Shown piece after piece: positions 1 to 11,659 of a DNA stretch of 64,000 bases. The stretch is from NCBI RefSeq assembly GCF_963921235.1, contig NC_086108.1, forward strand, positions 111,850,001-111,914,000. Direction: 5' to 3'. A program made the translations under genes and the position numbers. The notes beneath the pieces were generated by a model. That model had not been told where the DNA came from and searched no databases. It worked only from the letters and a program-made list of their open reading frames with translations. How positions within the stretch are numbered: position 1 is the stretch's first letter; the number at the start of each line of letters is the position of its first letter. Source of the stretch: Mobula hypostoma. Its lineage: Eukaryota.

Positions 1-476
1 TGCATGGCCTTCATCAACTGTGGGATTCAGTTGAGGAGCTGAGAGTTAATATTGCAGCTCAATAGGACCCTGGTCAGACCCCACTTGGAGTACTGTGCTG
101 AGTTCTGGTCGCCTCACTACAGGAAGGATGTGGAAACTATAGAAAGGGTGCAGAGGAGATTTACAAGGATGTTACCTGGATTGGGGAGCATGCCTTATGA
201 AAACAGGTTGAGTGAACTCGGCCTTTTCTCCTTGGAGCGACGGAGAATGAGAGGTGACCTGATAGAGGTGCATAAGATGATGAGAGGCATTGATCGTGTG
301 GATAGGCAGAGGCTTTTTCCCAGGGCTGAAATGGCTACTATGAGAGGCACAGCTTTAAGGTGCTTGGAAGTAGGTACAGAGAGGATGAGATGAACTTTTA
401 CGCAGAGAGTGGTGAATGTGTGGAATGGGCTGCCGGTGACGGTGGTGGAGGCGGATATGATAGGGTCTTTTCAGAG
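1..476 (+). mobile_element. CR1 LINE 3' ORF2 fragment, cut by a deletion
   Basis: LVRPHLEYCAEFWSPH...RRRMRGDLIE, the CR1 C-terminal signature. Confidence 0.9.
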
Positions 477-559
477 TAATAAAGGCATCTGTTAGTCTTG
501 CGAGACCATGGATCTGCGCCTGATTGACACTTTATCCTTGTACTGTTCCTTGATACTGC

Positions 560-870
560 TTTTTTTTCTATACAAGATATCTTTATTTCAAATTCAATGT
601 TATATATACAAAACAGTGACTAACACAATTACTTCACTCTAAATAGACAATATCCGTTAAACCAAAATGTTTCCATCTCTGTCAGTGATGGCATTTACAC
701 CCCGCGGAGCCCAATGGTCCCGGAACGCCTCTAAGGTCACCGTGGACTGCAAACATACCCCCTAAACATTGCCAGGCAGATCCTCCCGCCACCCATTTCC
801 AAGACCCATGGACGGCTGTTTTCGCCAGCCCCAGGAGCAAGTTGACAAGGACATCCTCATCCCTCCATGC
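560..870 (-). mobile_element. L1/Tx1-like LINE 3' fragment (also ~57230-57590)
   Basis: [19 protein letters not shown] C-terminal peptide, followed by an A-rich end on the minus strand. Confidence 0.5.
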
Positions 871-1770
871 CACAATAGATCAAAGGCAGACACAATCTCA
901 ATGGCTCTCCACACGGCTTTAGACCACCTAGACACCACAAACACCTACGTCAGGATGCTGTTCATCGACTATAGCTCAGCATTTAATACCATAAGTCCCA
1001 CAATCCTGATTGAGAAGTTGCAAAACCTGGGACTCTGTACCTCCCTCTGCAATTGGATCCTCGAATTCCTAACCAGAAGACCACAGTCTGTGAGGCTTGG
1101 TGATAACATATCCTCCTCACTGACGATCAACACTGGTGCACCTCAGGGGTGTGTGCTTAGCCTACTGCTCTACTCTCTCTATACCCATGACTGTGTGGCT
1201 AGGCATAGCTCAAATACCATCCATAAATTTGCTGACGATACAAACATTGTTGGTAGAATCTCAGGTGGTGACGAGAGGGTGTACAGGAGTGAGATATGCC
1301 AACTAGTGGAGTGGTGTCGCAGCAACAACCTGGCACTCAACGTCAGTAAGACAAAAGAGCTGATTGTGGATTTCAGGGAGGGTAAGACGAAGTAACACAT
1401 ACCAATCCTCATAGAGGGATCAGAAGTGGAGAGAATGAGTAGGTTCAAGTTCCAGGGTGTCAGGATCTCTGAGGATCTAACCTGGTCCGAACATACCAAT
1501 GTACTCATAAGGAAGGCAAGACAGCAGCTGTACTTTTTAAGGATTTGAAGAGATTTGGCATGTCAACAAATACACTCAAAAACTTCTATAGCTGTACTGT
1601 GGAGAGCATTCTGACAGGCTGCATCACTGTCTGGTATGGAGGGGCTACTGGCAGGACCAAAAGAAGCTGCAGAAGGTTGTAAATCTAGTCAGCTCCATCT
1701 TGGGCACTAGCCTACAAAGTACCCAGGACATCTTTAGGGAGTGGTGTCTCAGAAAGGCAGCGTCCATTAT
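871..1770 (+). mobile_element. Rex1/Babar-type LINE reverse transcriptase fragment
   Basis: [15 protein letters not shown]...GAPQGCVLS...KFADD...[14 protein letters not shown]. Confidence 0.8.
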
Positions 1771-2630
1771 AGAAACATAGAAACATAGAAAATAGGTGCA
1801 GGAGTAGGCCATTCGGCCCTTCGAGCCTGCACCGCCATTTATTATGATCATGGCTGATCATCCAACTCAGAACCCAGCCTTCCCTCCATACCCCCTGACC
1901 CCTGTAGCCACAAGGGCCATATCTAACTTCCTTTTAAACATAGCTAATGAACTGGCCTCAACAGTTTGCTGTGGCAGAGAATTCCACAGATTCACCACTC
2001 TCTGTGTGAAGAAGTTTTTCCTAACCTCGGTCCTAAAAGGCTTCCCCTCTATCCTCAAACTGTGACCCCTCGTTCTAGACCTCCCCAACATCGGGAACAA
2101 TCTTCCTGCATCTAGCCTGTCCAATCCCTTTAGGATCTTATACGTTTCAATCAGATCCCCCCTCAATCTTCTAAATTCCAACGAGTACAAGCCCAGTTCA
2201 TCCAGTCTTTCTTCATATGAAAGACCTGCCATCCCAGGAATCAATCTGGTGAACCTTCTTTGTACTCCCTCTATGGCAAAGATGTCTTTCCTCAGATTAG
2301 GGGACCAAAACTGCACACAATACTCCAGGTGTGGTCTCACCAAGGCCTTGTACAACTGCAGTAGTACCTCCCTGCTCCTGTACTCGAATCCTCTCGCTAT
2401 AAATGCCAGCATACCGTTCGCCTTTTTCACCGCCTGCTGTACCTGCATGCCCACTTTCAATGACTGGTGTATAATGACACCCAGGTCTCGTTGCACCTCC
2501 CCTTTTCCTAATCGGCCACCATTCAGATAATAATCTGTTTTCCTATTTTTGCCACCAAAGTGGATAACTTCACATTTATCCACATTAAATTGCATCTGCC
2601 ATGAGTTTGCCCACTCACCTAACCTATCCA
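1771..2630 (-). mobile_element. Young 5'-truncated CR1 LINE
   Basis: Uninterrupted 254-aa ORF2 C-terminus, 3' UTR and (ttctatgt)n tail. Absent from duplication copy 2. Confidence 0.92.
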
Positions 2631-4395
2631 AAACCTACGAAAAACATCAGTGTGTGATAAAAGGCAGCGCGCGCCCCGAGCAGCTGCTCTCCCCCGGATT
2701 CAGAACTGCATTCTAGCTGGCATTGCGTAAACACGTGCCTGTGAGCAGCCGTTTGCAAGATGAGTTCTAAGGTATCGGAAAAGCCTAAAAGAGCTCATAA
2801 GGGTGTTACACTTAGCGTAAAACTAGACATAATTAAGCGTTTCGATCGTGGTGAACGAAATAAGGACAAGGTGAGTTTGGCTTGTGGAAGTTGACGAAGA
2901 TGATGTTGAAGAGGTTTTGGCATCCCATGACCAAAAACTGATAGATGAAGAGCTGATGCAATTGGAAGAGGAAGGGATAACAATCGAAACCGAATGCAGT
3001 AGCGAATGGACCAAAAGTGAAGTCGTCCAGGATCTGAACGTGAAGCAACTGCGTGAGATTTTCGCTGCAATGATAAAGTACGACTTTAATTTTGAAAGGA
3101 TACGTAGGTTTAGGACAAATTTGCAAGATGGTTTGAGTGCTTACAAAGACTGTATGATAGAAAAATGCGCGAGGCGAAGCAGTCAAGCATACTGTTGTTT
3201 TTCAAGCCTTCCACATCAGACACAGCAGACAATGAACCTCGACCTTCGACATTAAGGCAGGAAGACATAGAAGAAGATGACTTGCCTGCCCTGATGGAAA
3301 TAGACGATGATAAGATGACACCTCAGTGTCCCACCACCCCAACCCCCGGGCTGCAGACCGATACATTGCCGTGGAGAATGCTGCGGTAGATGGGTCGCGA
3401 AGAATGCTGCGGTGGCCGGGTCGCGAAGAATGCAGCGGTGGCCGGGTCGCGAAGAATGCAGCGGTAGCGGGGTCGCGAAGAATGCAGCGGTAGCCGGGTC
3501 GCGAAGAATGCTGCGGTAGCCGGGTCGCGAAGAATGCTGCGGTAGGCGGGTCACAAAGAATGCAGCGGTAGCCGGGTCGCGAAGAATGCAGCGGTAGCCG
3601 GGTCGCGAAGAATGCAGCGGTAGCCGGGATGCACTCAGCACATCTTTAAGAAAAAAGCCGAAATCAACAAGCTAATTAATTAGGTGCCGCCCGGCACGTA
3701 AATGTCGGCCCAGATCAGAGGCAATTGCTGATTGCGTCGCCTCTGATCTGGGCCGACATTTACGTGCTGGGCGGCATGTAATTAACTAGTTTGTTTATTT
3801 CGGCTTTTTTCTTGAAGATCTGCTGGGTGCGTCCCAGCCACCGCTGTACCGCTGCATTCTTCACGGATCGGTATGGGTTCGCTGTCCGGAGGGTGGGGAC
3901 CACTGCACCGCCCCAACCTCCGACGACTCTGCTTAACACACCATTATCAGTGTGATCTGCGCTGTCGTCCTTATTCCTTTAAGTGATACTACATTGTACA
4001 TACATTATTTCTGCTTTATATAGGCTGTGTATTTTTATGTGTTATTTGGTATGATTTGGCAGCTTCATAGGTTAAAGGTTACGGGAGAGTGTTTCTGCCG
4101 AAAGCGCTTGCGTGAGATTTTCGCTACGGAGAACAGTGCGGCAATGATTGTAGAGAAGTATTTCTACTTTATATAGGCTGCATATTTATCATATCATTCC
4201 TGCTTTTACTGTATATTACTGTTATTTTAGGTTTTATGTGTTATTTAGCATGATTTGGTAGGTTTTTTTTGGGTCTGCGAATGCTCACAAATTTTTCCCA
4301 TATATATAAATGGTAATTGCTTCTTCGCTTTACGACATTCCGGCTTATGAACTGTTTCATAGGAACGCTGTACCTTCGGATGGTGGGGGAAACAG
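2631..4395 (+). mobile_element. Tigger/pogo-like DNA transposon remnant with internal minisatellite and hairpin
   Basis: HTH-like start (ggtgttacacttagcgtaaaactagacataattaagcgt) and acidic C-terminal peptide DEDDVEEVLASHDQKLIDEELMQLEEE. Family assignment is by resemblance only. Confidence 0.6.
3374..3628 (+). repeat. ~26-bp CpG-rich minisatellite, about 9-10 copies
   Basis: Unit cgggtcgcgaagaatgc(a/t)gcggtagc. Confidence 0.95.
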
Positions 4396-5419
4396 TATTT
4401 CTGTTTTTGCACATTTTTAAAAATCTATTCAATACACGTAACAGAATTACTTGTTTATTTATTATTATTTTTTTTCTCTCTCTGCTAGATTATGTATTGC
4501 ATTGAACTGCTGCTGTTAAGTTAACAAATTTCACGTCACGTGCTGGTGATAGTAAACCTGATTCTGATTCTGATCCTAGATGGGCACATGAATGTGAGGA
4601 AAATGGAAGGATATGGACATTGTGTAGGCAAAGAGAATTAGTTAGGTTGTCCATTTGATTACTAAATTGGATCAGTACAATATTCTGGGCAAAGGGCCTG
4701 TTCTTCTACCGCACCGTTCTATGTTCTACTGTCTGTAAGGAGTTTGTGTATTCTCTCCGTGACCACAAAGGTTTTATTTAGGTGCTCCAGTTTCTTCCCA
4801 CAATCTAAAGATGTATGGTTAGAGTTAGTGAGTTGGGTCATGCCACGTTGGTGCCAGAATCATGGTGACGCTTGTCGGCTGCCCCCAGCACATCCTCAGA
4901 CTGTGTTGGTCATTGACACAATGAGACATTTTCAATGTTTTGATATTCAGTACTTGTGGCAAATAAAGCAATTCTCTGTCTTTATCTTTTTACTATCTAG
5001 TATAACACCCTGAGTTCCAAATTATAACATTTGCACACTAAAACTTTTTATTTGGGCCCTTTTTAAAGGTGTTTAGAAAATCCCACGCCCCACACGTAAT
5101 CATTCTATTCAGCAAACACAATAACCCTTTGCAAGATCTGTGTGGAGTTTGTCATTTTATTGCTAATAGTTTCTATGTGCTGTTGTTTTATTCTTGCAGC
5201 AACTATAATGGTGGGGCGGGAGGGTAAGGCAATAATCTGAGATTTTAAACAAACTTCTTGTCCCTGTCTTCACAGTAGCAGACACAAAGTAAACAGTCCA
5301 ATTACACGAGATCAAATTTTAGGGAAATGCTAATATTAAATAGAAACATTGCAGAAAGTAATGAGACCAGAAGTAGACAAATCCTCTGAAAGTGATGATC
5401 ACAACACATGAGTCTGGAT

Positions 5420-8400
5420 GAATGACTGCAGAAACCCCCTCTCCCCTCTCCCCTTATGTAGCAATGAATTCCACAGATACACTGCCAGAGGGATAAAGAA
5501 ATTCCTCTTCATCTCTGTACTAAAGAGATGTCCTTCTATTCTAAGGCTGTGCTTTCTGGGCCTAGACTCCACTTTAGGAAACATCCTCTCCACGTCCACA
5601 CTATCTAGATCTTTCAATATTTGATAGGTTTCAATAAGATACATCCTTGTTCTACTAAAGTCCAGAAAGTATCGGACCACTGGAAAACGATGTTGGAGAG
5701 GTAGTAATGGGGGGACAATGAAATAGTGGATGAACTGAATAAGTATTTTGCGGCAGTCTTCACTGTGGAAGGCACGAGCAGTATGGTGGAAGTTCCAGAT
5801 ATCAGGGTGCATGAAGTGTGTGAAGTTACCATAACTTGAGAGAAGCTTCTTGGGAAACTGAAAGATCTGAAGGTAGATAAGTCACCTGGACCAGAAGCTG
5901 TACACCCCAGGGTTATGAAAAATACAGCTGAAGGGATCGTGGAGGCATTAGTATTGATTTTTCAAGAACCACTAGAGTTTGAAATGGTTCTGGGAAAACT
6001 GGAAAATTGTAAATGTCACTCCACTCTTCAAGAAGGGAGAGAGGCAGAAGAAAGGAAACTATAGGCCAGATAGACTGACCTCAGTGGTTGGGATGATGAT
6101 GGAGTTGATTATTAAGAATGAGGTCTCAGGGTACTTGGAGGCACGTGATAAAATAGGCCACAGTCAGCATGGTTTCCTCAAGGGAAACTCGTACTTGACA
6201 AGAAATAAAAAGCAGGATAGAAAAAGGAGAATCAATTGATGTGTGTACTTAGATTTTCTGAAGGTCTTTGACAAGGTGCCATACATGAGTCTGCTATCTA
6301 TGAGCCGATGGTATTACCGGGAATATTCTAGCATGGGTAAAGCAGTGGCTGATTGACATCAGACAAAGAGTGGGAATGAAGGGACCCTTTTCTGGCTGAC
6401 TGCTTTACAGGGGTCTGCGTTGGGACTGATTCTTTTTTACATTATATATCAATGATTTGGATGATGGAATTGATGGCTTTGTTGCAAAGTTTGCAAATGA
6501 TATGAAGACTATGTTAAGGGGCAGGTAGTTTTGAGGAAGTAGAGAGGCTACAGAAGGACTTAGGTGGATTAGGAGAATGGGCAACAAAATGGCAGATGGA
6601 ATACAGTGTTGTGAAGTGTATGGTCATACTCTCGGGTAGAAAAAATGGAAGGGTAGACTATATTTATAATTGGAGAGAAAATACACAAAACAGGCACAAG
6701 GGGACTTGGGAGTCCTTATGCAGGATTCCCAAATGGTTAATTTGCAGGTTGAGTCGGTGGTGAGTAAGGCAAATGCAATGTTAGCATTCATTTCAAGAGG
6801 ACTAGAACATAAAAGCAAGGATGTAATGTTGAGACTTTATAAACCACTACTGATGCCTCACATGGAGTATTGTGAACAGTTTGGGGCTCCTTTGAAAGGA
6901 TGTGCTGAAACTGGAGAGGGTTCAAAGGAGGTTCACAAAAATGATTCCAGGATTGAAAGGCTTGTCACGTGAAGAGAATTTGATGGCTCTGGGCCTGTAT
7001 TCACTGGGATTCAGAAGAATAAGGGGTGAACTCATTGAAACCTATCAAATGGTGAAAGGCCTTGACAGAGTGGATGTGGAGAGGATGTTTCCTCTGGTGG
7101 GAGAGAGATCAAAGGACACAGCCTCAGAATAGAGTGGTGTCCTTTTAGAATGGAGATGAGGAGGAATTTCTTCAGCCAGAGAGTGACGAATCTATGGAAT
7201 TCATTGCCGACTTTCAAGGAAAATTAAAACAACTTCAAGTTGTGGATAGTAACAAAAGTAATTCAAATCGAAAACAGGAAATTAGGAAATTGCAAAGTGA
7301 AATTGACGATATTTATACGTTGGAAACTCAAAGAAATTTTCTTTACCTGAGACAAAAGAATTATGAAGTAGGAGGTAAATCAGCTAGATTATTAGCATAT
7401 AAATTACGAAAACAACAAGCAGACAATACAATTCATAAAATAAAGAATCCAAAGACAAAGCTTGTGGAGAGTACAATAGGGAAAATTCAAGAGAGTTTTG
7501 AAACATATTATCGAGAGCTGGAACCCCGGGCTCCCAATGAGCCCTATATAGACAGTGTATTGAATTTTTTAGATCTACCTAAATTTACAGATTTACAAAA
7601 TGAAAGTTTATTAGAACCAGTAACTGTCAAAGAACTGAACGTGGCCATCTCCAGGTTAAAGGCTGGAAAGTCCCCGGGTTCTGATGGGTTTACCTCAGAG
7701 TGGTACAAGTCCCTGAAGACACAGTTAGCCCCATTACTACTTAACACCTTTAATTGGATCTTGCAGAGAGGAGAAACTCCACCTTCCTGGAGAGAAGCGA
7801 TTATTTCAGTTATTCCTAAAGAGGGTAAAGATAAACTAGAAAGTGGCAATTATCGGCCAATTAGTGTTCTTAATTTAGATTACAAACTATTTACATCTAT
7901 ATTAGCGCGCAGATTGGAAAAGCTTTTACCTGGCCTAATCCACTTAGACCAGACTGGATTTATTCAACAAAGACAAACACAGGACAACATAAGGAGAACT
8001 CTGCACATATTAGAACAGGAATTCATTGCCACAGGCAGCTATGGAGGTCTTGTCCTTTTGTATATTTAAGGCAGCGGTTGATAGGCTCTGGGTTGGTCAG
8101 AGCATGAAGGGATACGGGTAGAAGGCAGGAGACTGGGGCTGAGAGGAAAATTGGATCAACTGTGATGAAATGGTGGAGCAGACTCGATGGGCTGAATGGC
8201 CTAATTCTGCTCCTATGTCTTATAGTTATATGGTCTAAGTACAAATTTAGAGCCAACAAACATTCCTCATACATTACCCCTTTCATTTCCAGAATCATTC
8301 TCATGAACCTCCTCTGGACTCTCTCCAATGCCTGCACATCTTTTCTTAGATAAGGAACACAAAACTGCTCACAATACTCCAAGTGCTGTCTGGCCAATGT

Positions 8401-8990
8401 CTTATAAAGACGTAGTATTCCAGTCCTCTTAAAATGAATACTAGCATTGCATTTGTCTTCCTCACCATCGACTTAACCTACAAACTAACCTTTAGGGAAT
8501 CCTGCATGGGGACTCCTAAATCCCTTTGCACCACTGATTTCTGAATTTTCTCCCAATTTAGAAAAAGTCTATGCCTTCAATCTTTCTACCATACACTTTT
8601 ATCTGCCACTTCCTTGCCATTCTCCTAATCTGACTAAGTCCTTCTGCAGACTCACTGCCCCCTACGTATCTTCGTATCATCTGTAAACCTGCCCACAAAG
8701 CTATCAATTCTAAGTCATTGACACATCACGTTAAGTCGTGTTTCCAATACCGACTCCTGCAGAACACCACTAGTCAAGAGCAGCCAACTAGAATAGAACC
8801 CATTTATTTCCACGCTTTGGCTCCTGCCAATCAGCGAATCTTCTATACACACTCGTATATTTCCCATATCATGGGCCCTTATCTTGTTAAGCAGCCTCGA
8901 GTGTGGCACCTTGTCAAAGATCTTCTGAAAATCCAAGTACACACACCATCCACTGGCTCTCCTTTGACTATCCTAATTGTTATTTCCCAA
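5420..8990. mobile_element. Mosaic of decayed CR1 fragments (- 5420-5660; + 5660-8230; - 8240-8990), duplicated at ~60680-63430
   Basis: Frameshifted CR1 peptides such as NWKIVNVTPLFKKG, YLDFQKIFDKVPH and LERVQRRFTKMIPG. Confidence 0.85.
7209..8017 (+). mobile_element. Internal L1-clade ORF2 fragment flanked by a 13-bp direct repeat
   Basis: Open peptide including [15 protein letters not shown]...[23 protein letters not shown]...DQTGFI. ggaattcattgcc at 7196-7208 and 8018-8030. Empty site at ~62460. Confidence 0.88.
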
Positions 8991-9439
8991 ATAAGAGAAT
9001 CTCTTAAAGAAGGCAATAAAAACATTGCAATCCCATGGTTGCTTCTCAAAATAGGGTATTGTTGTTTGGGGATAAGATGTTAATAAAGATAGAGGATGGA
9101 TTGAAGGACAAAAGAGTCGGAAGAAATGGAAAATTTTGTCAAATCGAGAGAGCATATGTATTTCAGTTCTCATCTCCAACTCAAGGCAATCCCTCTGTCT
9201 ACACTTGATTATACACGATACTTCTGATTAAAATACCTGCTGGATTCCACACTTGGTTCATTCACTGCCAAATACTCGGCCCTTCTCCTGCACCCAATTA
9301 CCACCAAACAGATCGGATGATTTGTGCTTTGCGGAGTTGTTTACACAGAATTTATTCAGTCTGGGAAACTGGAGTATTTGTATTGTAGGTGGAATGCTCT
9401 AATGCCCAGGTCCCCAATGTGTTCTGTAGATCATCTTAC

Positions 9440-9598
9440 CAAGTAGACAAAATATGGGGCTTTCCAATCATCGTCCCAGAACCTGCCAGTGAGTGATCTC
9501 GGCAGATGCTGCATGATGTGTTTGTATGGGATCCGTCTTGCTGCAGTATAACGACACGGGACAGATCGAGAAGTCACTTCCAGTTCACAGTCACCCAC
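9440..9598 (-). CDS. CTBS-like: CTBS-like gene A, exon 6 (159 bp, not in ORF track)
   Basis: Acceptor tttctcag, donor gtaaga. Translates to VGDCELEVTSRSVPCRYTAARRIPYKHIMQHLPRSLTGRFWDDDWKAPYFVYL, matching CTBS PC...PYKTIM...WD...APY. Confidence 0.92.
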
Positions 9599-10219
9599 CT
9601 GAGAAATATATAAAAAAACAAGAAATTGTGTGTCTGAATTCAGTGGTCAGCATAGACAGTTTGGTCTGAAGAGCCTGTTTGTCTGAACAATGGGAACCAT
9701 ATTCTGTCCAACAGACTGCCTCATTCCATAGGATTTCTCCTGGTCCAGTACACAAGTGCCGTTACAAAAAAAGCACAGTAGTGCCCTGACTTTCTTAGAA
9801 GTTTACAAAGATTGGTTACGTAATGGAGAGTATATTGACTGGTTGCATCACAGGCTGGTATGGAAACACCAACGCCCTCACATGGAAAATCGTACAAAAG
9901 TAGTGATTACAGCCCAGTCCATCACAGGTAAAGCCCTCCCCAGCACTGAGCACACTTACATGGGACATTGTGAAGTAAAGCAGCATCCGTCATCAGGGAT
10001 CCCCAACATCCAGGTCACACTCCCTTCTCACTACTGCCATCAGGAAGGAGTCTCATGTCCCACACCACCAGGTTCAGGAACAGTTATCACCCCTCAACCA
10101 TCAGGCTCCTGAACCAGAGGGGATAACTTCACTCAAATTCACTCTCCCCATCACTGAATTGTTCCCACAACCTATGGACTCACTTTCAAGGACTCTTCAT
10201 CTCATGTTCTTGATATTTA

Positions 10220-11100
10220 AGACTATAAGACCATAAGATATAGGAGTAGAAGTGGGCCATTTGGCTCATCGAGTCTGCTCCGCCATTCAATCATGGGCTG
10301 ATCCAATTCTTCCAGTCATCCCCACTCCCCTGCCTTCTCCCCATACCCTTTGATGCCCTGGCTAATCAAGAACCTATCTATCTCTGCCTTAAATACACCC
10401 AATGACTGCTCCACAGCTACTCGTGACAACAAATTCCACAGATTTACCACCCTCTGACTAAAGTAATTTAGAAACACAGAAAACATACAGCACAATACAG
10501 GCCCTTCGGCCCACAAAGCTGTGCTAAACATGTCCCTACCTTAGAACTACCTGGGCTTTACCCATGGCCCTCTACTTTTCTAAGCTCCATGTAGCCATCA
10601 AGGAGTCTCTTAAAAGACCCTATCGTTTCTGACGCCACCACCATCTGCAGCCCATTCCACGCACTCACCACTCTCTGCATAAAAAACTTACCCCTGACAT
10701 CTCCTCTGTACCTACTTCCAAGCTTCTTAAGACTATGCCCTCTCGTGTTAGCCATTTCAGCCCTGGGGAAAAGCCTCTGACTATCCACACAATCAATCCC
10801 TCTCATTATCTTGAATGCCTCTATCAGGTCACCTCTCATCCTCCGTCACTCCAAGGAAAAAGGCCGAGTTCACTCAACCTATTCTCATAAGGCACGCTCC
10901 CCAATCCAGCCAACATCCTCGTAAATCTCCTCTGCCCCTTTTCTATGGTTTCCGCATCCTTCCTATAGTGAGGCGACCAGAATTGAGCACAGCGCTCCAA
11001 GTGTGTCTGACCAGGGTCCTATATAGCTGCAACTTCTTCGCATTTCTGTTCTAAATGGATGTCCTTCAATTCTGAAGTTGTGCCCTCTTGTCCTAGACTC
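10220..11100 (-). mobile_element. Nested CR1 3' fragments (one at ~10466-11032 inside another)
   Basis: MRGDLIEAFKIMRG and YFSQRVVNLWN peptides. The host CR1 resumes near 11033. Confidence 0.8.
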
Positions 11101-11554
11101 ACTGACCACTGACAGCATTGGATGATTCAGTGAGGGTTGTGCTGTTGGGAATTGATCAAAAGTTAAGAGTAAAGGTGAAGAAAGCTGAGGTGCAGAGGAT
11201 AATAGCCCAGCATTATATATATAAGGGAACGTTTGACGAGGAGTCGTTAGAGTTACTTGCTGAAGGTAAGGTACTTACTGAGCCTGTGATTCAGTTGCGA
11301 TTGAAATTGAAATTAAAACAGCTCGAGGCTGATGAAGCAGAAAGGCAGAGGATCGATGAGGCTACAGAAGCAGAAAGACAGAGATAGTTTAAAAGGGAGA
11401 TGTGGCAGCTGTAATGTGTGTGACTGTATGCACTGTGTGTGACTGTATGCTCTGTGTTTAGATTCCTAGCCGCAGAGGAACAATGCTTCATTTAGCTATA
11501 TACGTGTGTATGGTTGAATGATGGTAAACCTGAACTTGAATATCAGCATCTTAC

Positions 11555-11652
11555 CCTGGGAAAGCGCTTGCAGGTGTAGTCGTAACCGTACCAAGCAATG
11601 CCCATCACCAGCTTTCTGGAGTCAATGCCCAGTCTGATATAATCTGACATTC
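11555..11652 (-). CDS. CTBS-like: CTBS-like gene A, exon 5 (98 bp, not in ORF track)
   Basis: Acceptor cctttcag, donor gtaaga. Translates to (G)MSDYIRLGIDSRKLVMGIAWYGYDYTCKRFPR, matching CTBS DYI...KLVMGVPWYGYDYTC. Confidence 0.93.
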
Positions 11653-11659
11653 CTGAAAG

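Larger units (their letters stand above)
1..9557 (+). repeat. Segmental duplication copy 1 (direct repeat of ~54800-64000)
   Basis: Collinear high-identity blocks: 1-476 to 54800-55279, 531 to 56323, ~4736 to ~59260, 9440 to 63883. Duplicated ORFs are visible in the track. Confidence 0.95.

Noticed and set aside
3374..3628. CRISPR-like appearance of short regular repeats (also 49690-50272)
   Set aside because: Head-to-tail units with no unique spacers, no cas genes, and a eukaryotic context.
11118..11400. Possible Gypsy gag N-terminal fragment
   Set aside because: Only a vague resemblance, with no LTR, PBS or downstream domains to support it.
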